DNA from: an uncultured delta proteobacterium
GTDB taxonomy: Bacteria; Desulfobacterota; Binatia; Binatales; Binataceae
DNA: 64,000 nucleotides
Assembly (NCBI GenBank): GCA_963842085.1
Contig: CAWJET010000001.1
Span: forward strand, 2,816,001 to 2,880,000
Direction of reading: 5' to 3'
Shown one piece after another: positions 59,044-64,000 of this stretch. The first letter of the stretch is position 1. Each line of letters opens with the position of its first letter. Made by a program: the position numbers and the translations under genes. Under the pieces are notes generated by a model. That model was not told the origin of the DNA. It saw only the letters and a list, made by a program, of their open reading frames with translations, and searched no databases.

Positions 59044-59931
59044 CTACAGCGTCCGCCGCAGAAAATCGAACATCTTGTCGAGTCCTTGCCGGCAGCCCGA
59101 CAGCACGTCCATCTGCAGAAAGCCGTGCGGCATATCCTCGAAGATTGCCACTTCGTGCCGGATATCGGCGCGCTTGAGCGCGTCCGCCATCGCATGCGCC
59201 TCCGGCAACAGCGTGTCAGCGGTGCCGCATATGATGAAGCTCGGCGGCATCGCGCCCGGCTTCACCGCGCGTAGCGGGCTGACTCGAGGGTCCTCGAGAA
59301 TCGCGGGATAACCCGTGCCCGCGTACGCCTTTGCCATTCCCTCGAACGCGGCATTGCTGTCGCGTTTGAGTGCCGCGGGAAAATCGAACACCCCATAAAT
59401 CAGCAGCGCCGCCTTCGGCTTCGGACCGGCGTATTTCTCCGCTGCAATCGACGTAAGCGCCGCCGCGGCAAGATTGCCGCCCGCGGAATCGCCGCCGACC
59501 GCCAGCCGCGAACCGTCGCCGTTCCATCGCTTCGCGTTTTCACCCGTCCACTTCACCGCGTACACGCAATCGTCGAGACCCGCGGGAAATGGATGCTCGG
59601 GCGCGAGGCGGTAATCGACATTGATCGTCAGGCATCCGGCTTCGGCGAATTGCATCCCGAGCTTGCGATGCGTCTTAGGGCTGCCTCCGATCCATCCGCC
59701 GCCGTGCAGATATACGACCACGGGATACGGTCCCGCTCCCTTGGGCACCGCAACATCAGCGGTGAGCCCCGGCCGGAGTTCGACGCCCTCGTGAAGTGCG
59801 CCAATCTCAGGAGGATTCGAATTCATCAGCGGCGCGAAAGTATCCATCGCCGCGCGCAGGCCCTTAACATCGGTCGGAATCGGAGCCTTGGCGATAGCAT
59901 CAAGAAAAGCGCGTTCCTGTTCGGTAAGCAT
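59044..59931 (-). CDS. HSL-family alpha/beta hydrolase (esterase)
   Basis: HGGGW, YRLAPEHPFP, GDSAGG, HGF. Confidence 0.95.
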   Translation of the reverse strand: MLTEQERAFLDAIAKAPIPTDVKGLRAAMDTFAPLMNSNPPEIGALHEGVELRPGLTADVAVPKGAGPYPVVVYLHGGGWIGGSPKTHRKLGMQFAEAGCLTINVDYRLAPEHPFPAGLDDCVYAVKWTGENAKRWNGDGSRLAVGGDSAGGNLAAAALTSIAAEKYAGPKPKAALLIYGVFDFPAALKRDSNAAFEGMAKAYAGTGYPAILEDPRVSPLRAVKPGAMPPSFIICGTADTLLPEAHAMADALKRADIRHEVAIFEDMPHGFLQMDVLSGCRQGLDKMFDFLRRTL

Positions 59932-59949
59932 GAGGGCCTCCGTCTGTGG

Positions 59950-59991
59950 TCCCTCGCCCGTTACTTCACGGGAGAGGTTGGGTGAAGGGTT
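59950..59991 (-). repeat. Degenerate family-B REP-like element
   Basis: CCCTCGCCCG-TTACTTCA-CGGGAGAGGTTGGGTGAAGGG, reverse orientation of CCCTCACC..CCTCTCCC. Confidence 0.55.
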
Positions 59992-60015
59992 TGCGGCTCA
60001 GTTCGCCGCTGGCGG

Positions 60016-60348
60016 CTACTGCTGCGCGCCCGCCCCGAGCGCCGCCTTCACCATCGGCTCGAGTTCGCCGGTCTCGTGCAGCTCGCGAATGATGTCGCAG
60101 CCGCCGACGAACTTGCCGTCGATATAAACCTGCGGAATCGTCGGCCAGTTGCTGTAGCGCTTGATCGCGTCGCGCAACTCCGGATCGCTCAACACGTCCG
60201 CCGTCGCGTACGGCACGCCCAGCTCGTCGAAGATCGCCACTGTCGCGGCAGAGAAACCGCATTGCGGAAAGCTGCGGTTGCCCTTCATAAAAATCATGAT
60301 CTTGTTTTCTTTGACTGCCGATTCGATCTTTTCGATTATGTCCGCCAT
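60016..60348 (-). CDS. grxD: Monothiol glutaredoxin Grx4
   Basis: FMKG, PQCGFS, WPTIPQVY, GGCD. Confidence 0.96.
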   Translation of the reverse strand: MADIIEKIESAVKENKIMIFMKGNRSFPQCGFSAATVAIFDELGVPYATADVLSDPELRDAIKRYSNWPTIPQVYIDGKFVGGCDIIRELHETGELEPMVKAALGAGAQQ

Positions 60349-60358
60349 TTTGATTCTG

Positions 60359-60604
60359 CTACCTCCGGTTCTGATACTGTGCCGGCGTCAACGTCTTGAG
60401 CGTCAGCGCATGCACCTGCGCCCGCATCGCATCACCCAGCGCCTTGTAGACCAGCTGATGCCGTTCGATTAGACCCTTGCCCTCGAAACTCGCGCTCACG
60501 ACGAGCGCCTCGAAATGGTCTCCGCCACCGGTGTAGTCGCGCACGTCGACCTGTGCGTCGGGAATCCCGCGCGCAATCATCGTCTCGATTTCCTTGGGGT
60601 CCAT
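60359..60604 (-). CDS. bolA: BolA/IbaG family protein
   Basis: GDHFEALVVSASFEG, RHQLVY, VHALTLKT. Confidence 0.95.
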   Translation of the reverse strand: MDPKEIETMIARGIPDAQVDVRDYTGGGDHFEALVVSASFEGKGLIERHQLVYKALGDAMRAQVHALTLKTLTPAQYQNRR

Positions 60605-60672
60605 CGCTGAACCGGCATCTTAACCCGCATCCCGCCCGGGAATCCACACGGCAGGGGATCGGCCCGGCTCGC

Positions 60673-61314
60673 TCACTTAAAATTAATGTTCTCGACGTGG
60701 CCGCTTTTCTCTTCCGGCTTCGATGGCGCGCCGCTGCCCTTGACGCCGTCGAGCAGTTGCTTGGCGCTCGCGGTTATTTCGCCCGCGTGGCCCGCGCCTA
60801 CTATTCGCGAAACTATTTTGCCGTCGGGTCCGAGGAACAGCGTTGTCGGTATCGCGTCGATCCCCAGGCTGTCGGTTAGCCGCTCGTCGGCCAGCGCGAT
60901 GGGATAGTTGATCCGGAACTCTTCGACGAATGGCGCGACCGCCTTCACCCCGTCGCCCTGGATCAGGTCGCACGAGACCCCGATGATCACCAAGCCGCGC
61001 GACTTGTTGTACTTGTTGTAGAGCGCGACCAGTTCGGGAATCTGCTTGCGGCACGGGCGGCACCAGGTTGCCCAGAAATCGACGATCACCGGATGGCCGC
61101 GGTAATGGCTCAGGTCGATTTGTTTGCCGTCGAGGCCGGGCGCGCTGAAGTCCAGGCCCTCGTCCGCCGGCGACGCGGCCGCTTGCGGCGTATCGAGCCG
61201 CAGCAGCGGCTTGGGCTTCTCGCCGAACAGGGAGTTGAAGTTGAAGAATGCGCCAGCGATCAGCGCCAGGGAGATCACGATCGCGAGCGCGCGCAGTCCC
61301 TGCCGGTTGCTCAT
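60673..61314 (-). CDS. TlpA-family thiol-disulfide oxidoreductase
   Basis: N-terminal TM; DFWATWCRPC; IPTT. Confidence 0.92.
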   Translation of the reverse strand: MSNRQGLRALAIVISLALIAGAFFNFNSLFGEKPKPLLRLDTPQAAASPADEGLDFSAPGLDGKQIDLSHYRGHPVIVDFWATWCRPCRKQIPELVALYNKYNKSRGLVIIGVSCDLIQGDGVKAVAPFVEEFRINYPIALADERLTDSLGIDAIPTTLFLGPDGKIVSRIVGAGHAGEITASAKQLLDGVKGSGAPSKPEEKSGHVENINFK

Positions 61315-62450
61315 ACCTGCTCGATTACCGTCGCGATACCCTGGCCGATGCCGATACACATCGTCGCCACCCCGAGGGGGACTCCGCGCCGGCGCATCTC
61401 ATGCGTCAGCGTCACGACCAGCCGCGCCCCGGAGCATCCGAGCGGATGCCCGAGTGCGACTGCGCCGCCGTTCACGTTGAGCCGCTCTTGGTCGATCTTG
61501 AGGTCGGTGTTGCAGGCCAGGACTTGCGCCGCGAACGCCTCGTTGATTTCCCACAGGTCGATGTCGCCGATTTTGAGTCCCGCACGCGCCAGTGCTTTGC
61601 GCGTCGAAGGCACCGGACCCCATCCCATAATTTCCGGACGGACTCCCGCGACCGCGGTCGCGCGAATCTTCGCCATCGGCTTTATTCCGAGCGCGCGCGC
61701 CCGCTCCGCGCTCATCAGCAGCACGGCGGCCGCGCCGTCGCTTATCTGCGACGAGTTGCCTGCGGTCACCTGGCCGTCGGGCTTGAATGAAGGCTTCAAC
61801 GCGGCCAGTTTTTCTATCGTGGTTTCGGCGCGCGGTCCCTGGTCGATATCGACGACCTGTCCGTCGGGCAACTTGACCGGAACGATTTCCTGCTTGAAGC
61901 GCTCGCGCGCTGCCACTGCACGCATATTCGAGCGCAGCGAGAACGCATCGGATTGCTCGCGCGTGATCTGGTACATGTCGGCCAGCCGCTCGGCCGTCAT
62001 TCCCATGAAGAACATGTCGCGCGGGAACATCTCGACCAGCTTGGGATTGGGCAGTATGCCCGAGCCCATCGCGACGTGCGTCATATGCTCGACGCCGCCG
62101 GCGATTGCGACCTCGCCCGCACCGGTCATTATTTCCTGCGCCGCGAAGTTTACCGCCTGCAGGCTCGACCCGCATTGGCGATCGACCGTCGTGCCCGCCG
62201 CCTCCACCGGCAGTCCGGATAACAGTCCGATCATTCGACCGACGTTGAGGCCCTGCTCGCCGGTCTGGTTCGCACATCCCCAGACCACGTCCTCGATCTC
62301 TTTGGGGTCGAGTTTCGGATTTTTTTCGAGCAGGCGCCGCACGCAGAACACGCCCAGGTCGTCGGCGCGGATGTCCTTGTAGTAGCCCTTGTCCTTGCCG
62401 GCCTTGCCAATCGGCACCCTGACTCCATCGACGATAACAACTTCGCGCAC
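61311..62450 (-). CDS. Acetyl-CoA C-acyltransferase (classical thiolase)
   Basis: DRQCGSS, NEAFA, GHPLG, MCIGIGQG. Confidence 0.96.
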   Translation of the reverse strand: MREVVIVDGVRVPIGKAGKDKGYYKDIRADDLGVFCVRRLLEKNPKLDPKEIEDVVWGCANQTGEQGLNVGRMIGLLSGLPVEAAGTTVDRQCGSSLQAVNFAAQEIMTGAGEVAIAGGVEHMTHVAMGSGILPNPKLVEMFPRDMFFMGMTAERLADMYQITREQSDAFSLRSNMRAVAARERFKQEIVPVKLPDGQVVDIDQGPRAETTIEKLAALKPSFKPDGQVTAGNSSQISDGAAAVLLMSAERARALGIKPMAKIRATAVAGVRPEIMGWGPVPSTRKALARAGLKIGDIDLWEINEAFAAQVLACNTDLKIDQERLNVNGGAVALGHPLGCSGARLVVTLTHEMRRRGVPLGVATMCIGIGQGIATVIEQV

Positions 62451-62509
62451 GCTGCTCTCCTTTGGCGGTCGTGCGTCATTTCCGGGTGCGCGGCCGCAAA
62501 TCGTTAGCG

Positions 62510-63706
62510 TTAGATGATACTACGCCGCCGCAGTTCTGACAGCCGCGAAGTATCGTATCCCAGCACGCTCGACAGCACCTCGTCGGTGCCCTCGCCCAGC
62601 CGCGGCGCGCGCGTCGACGGGACATCGGTATCGCCAGTGCTCTTGAGCGGCGAGCCCGGCACGATCAGGCCGTCGAACTCCGGATGCTCCGCGTGCAGGA
62701 TCATGTTGCGCGCTGCCAGATGCGGATCGCGGGTGACTTCCTCGACGTTGGCGATCGGTGCGCACGGCACCGACGCGTCGGCCAGCACGCGCAGCCAATG
62801 ATCGCGTGGCCGCGTTGCGAAGATGCGCGCGAGTATTGCCTCGAGTTCCGGATGGTGCGCGGTGCGATTTGCGTTGGTGAGAAATCGCGGGTCGTCCTTG
62901 AGCTGCGGCATCGCGATGGCGTCGCAGAAGCGCCGCCAGATCGCCTCGTTGCCCGCGCCCATCACAAAGTAGTCGTCGGCCGCGTGAAACTGCTGAAACG
63001 GCGTGATCGACGGATGCCGCGTGCCGAGCCGCCCCGGAATTCTGCCCGACACCGAGTAGCGCGCGAGCGCGTCCTCGAGCATCGCGACCTGGCAATCGAG
63101 CATCGCGATATCCAGGTGATTGCCGAGGCCGTCGCGGTCGCGCACCCGCAAAGCCGACATGATCGCAATCACCCCGTACAGCGCCGCCGACAGGTCGCCG
63201 ATCGACACGCCGCATCGCACCGGCTCGCCGCCCGGATTGCCGGTGATGCTCATGGTGCCGCCGAGCGCTTGCGCCACGATGTCGTAGGCGGGCGCGGAAG
63301 TGTTGGGCCCGCTCTGTCCGAAGCCCGAAATCGAGCACAAAATGATCTTCGGATTGGCGGCCTTAAGCCGCGCATAGCCGAGCTTGAAACGATCCATCGT
63401 GCCCGGCGAGAAATTCTCAACCACTACATCCGATTTTGCCGCCAGCTCGAGAAAGACCGCCGCCCCCGCTTCGATCCGCAGGTCGAGCGTGATACTGCGC
63501 TTGCCGCGATTGACGCTGTAGAAGTAGCCGGAGTCGCCCGACGGCATCATCGGCGCGAAACCGCGCGAGTCGTCGCCGCGGCCTGGTAGCTCGACTTTGA
63601 TCACCTCGGCGCCCAGGTCCGCCAGGTTCATCGTGCAGAACGGACCCGCCAAAACGCGCGTCAGATCCAGCACGCGGACCCCGCGCAGCGGCTGTTGATC
63701 GATCAT
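62510..63706 (-). CDS. CaiB/BaiF family III CoA-transferase
   Basis: PLRGVRVLDLTRVLAGP, GAEVIKVE, NRGKRS, VENF, YD. Confidence 0.95.
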   Translation of the reverse strand: MIDQQPLRGVRVLDLTRVLAGPFCTMNLADLGAEVIKVELPGRGDDSRGFAPMMPSGDSGYFYSVNRGKRSITLDLRIEAGAAVFLELAAKSDVVVENFSPGTMDRFKLGYARLKAANPKIILCSISGFGQSGPNTSAPAYDIVAQALGGTMSITGNPGGEPVRCGVSIGDLSAALYGVIAIMSALRVRDRDGLGNHLDIAMLDCQVAMLEDALARYSVSGRIPGRLGTRHPSITPFQQFHAADDYFVMGAGNEAIWRRFCDAIAMPQLKDDPRFLTNANRTAHHPELEAILARIFATRPRDHWLRVLADASVPCAPIANVEEVTRDPHLAARNMILHAEHPEFDGLIVPGSPLKSTGDTDVPSTRAPRLGEGTDEVLSSVLGYDTSRLSELRRRSII

Positions 63707-63847
63707 CGATGGTTATCCTCGTGCAAGGCTTGCCCGGCCCGGCTGAATGTTAAAGCTATACTTTAAGTGGAGCGTCAATTTCCGGCGCGGCCGATCTGGA
63801 CGCATCGTAGCCGACTGAGGTTACCGAGAGAAACCCTTCGAGTGCGG

Positions 63848-64000
63848 CTAGCGGCGGCGGGTTCGTGCTTCGCGGGCTCGCATCGCCTCGGCCGGTGTCA
63901 TTATCAGGCGCGGTTCTTCCTCGGCCTTCTGCTGCTCGGCCGCAGCGACCGTGCCGAGCTGGGTGCGGATGAAGGCCTGAAAGAAAAGTACCTTGGTCAC
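63848..64000 (-). CDS. C-terminal fragment of unknown protein (runs off window end)
   Basis: Open frame VTKVLFFQAFIRTQ...EEEPRLIMTPAEAMRAREARTRRR with TAG stop at 63848. Confidence 0.5.
   Translation of the reverse strand: MTKVLFFQAFIRTQLGTVAAAEQQKAEEEPRLIMTPAEAMRAREARTRRR

Overview
High-GC bacterial chromosomal window, densely coding, with about 60 genes and one tRNA-Leu(CAA). I found no rRNA, CRISPR array, integrase, transposase or prophage. The gene content (many thiolases, CoA-transferases and MaoC proteins, SBP56, ACIII, VegA-like protein) looks like a Deltaproteobacteria-related lineage such as Candidatus Binatia; this is inference only. Main blocks in order: (1) SCP-x thiolase/DUF35/PHP/MaoC-MaoC operon; (2) MntA-HepT toxin-antitoxin pair whose toxin is frameshifted; (3) ispG and dapL-folK-fsa; (4) a 12.3-kb alternative complex III (actA-B-C-D-F, no actE or actG) plus caa3-type oxidase operon that ends in an unknown internally duplicated membrane protein and sits between dapB and dapL; (5) ArsS-like radical SAM, P450, serine hydrolase, orphan IrrE-like metallopeptidase, glgX, boxC-boxB without boxA, MerR plus glutaredoxin; (6) a co-oriented cluster of SBP56/methanethiol-oxidase-like protein, His-rich membrane protein, two-component system and CBA-type RND efflux; (7) grxD-bolA-tlpA-thiolase-CoA transferase. 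Two families of short structured intergenic repeats recur. All product calls come from motif recognition by eye, not from database searches.
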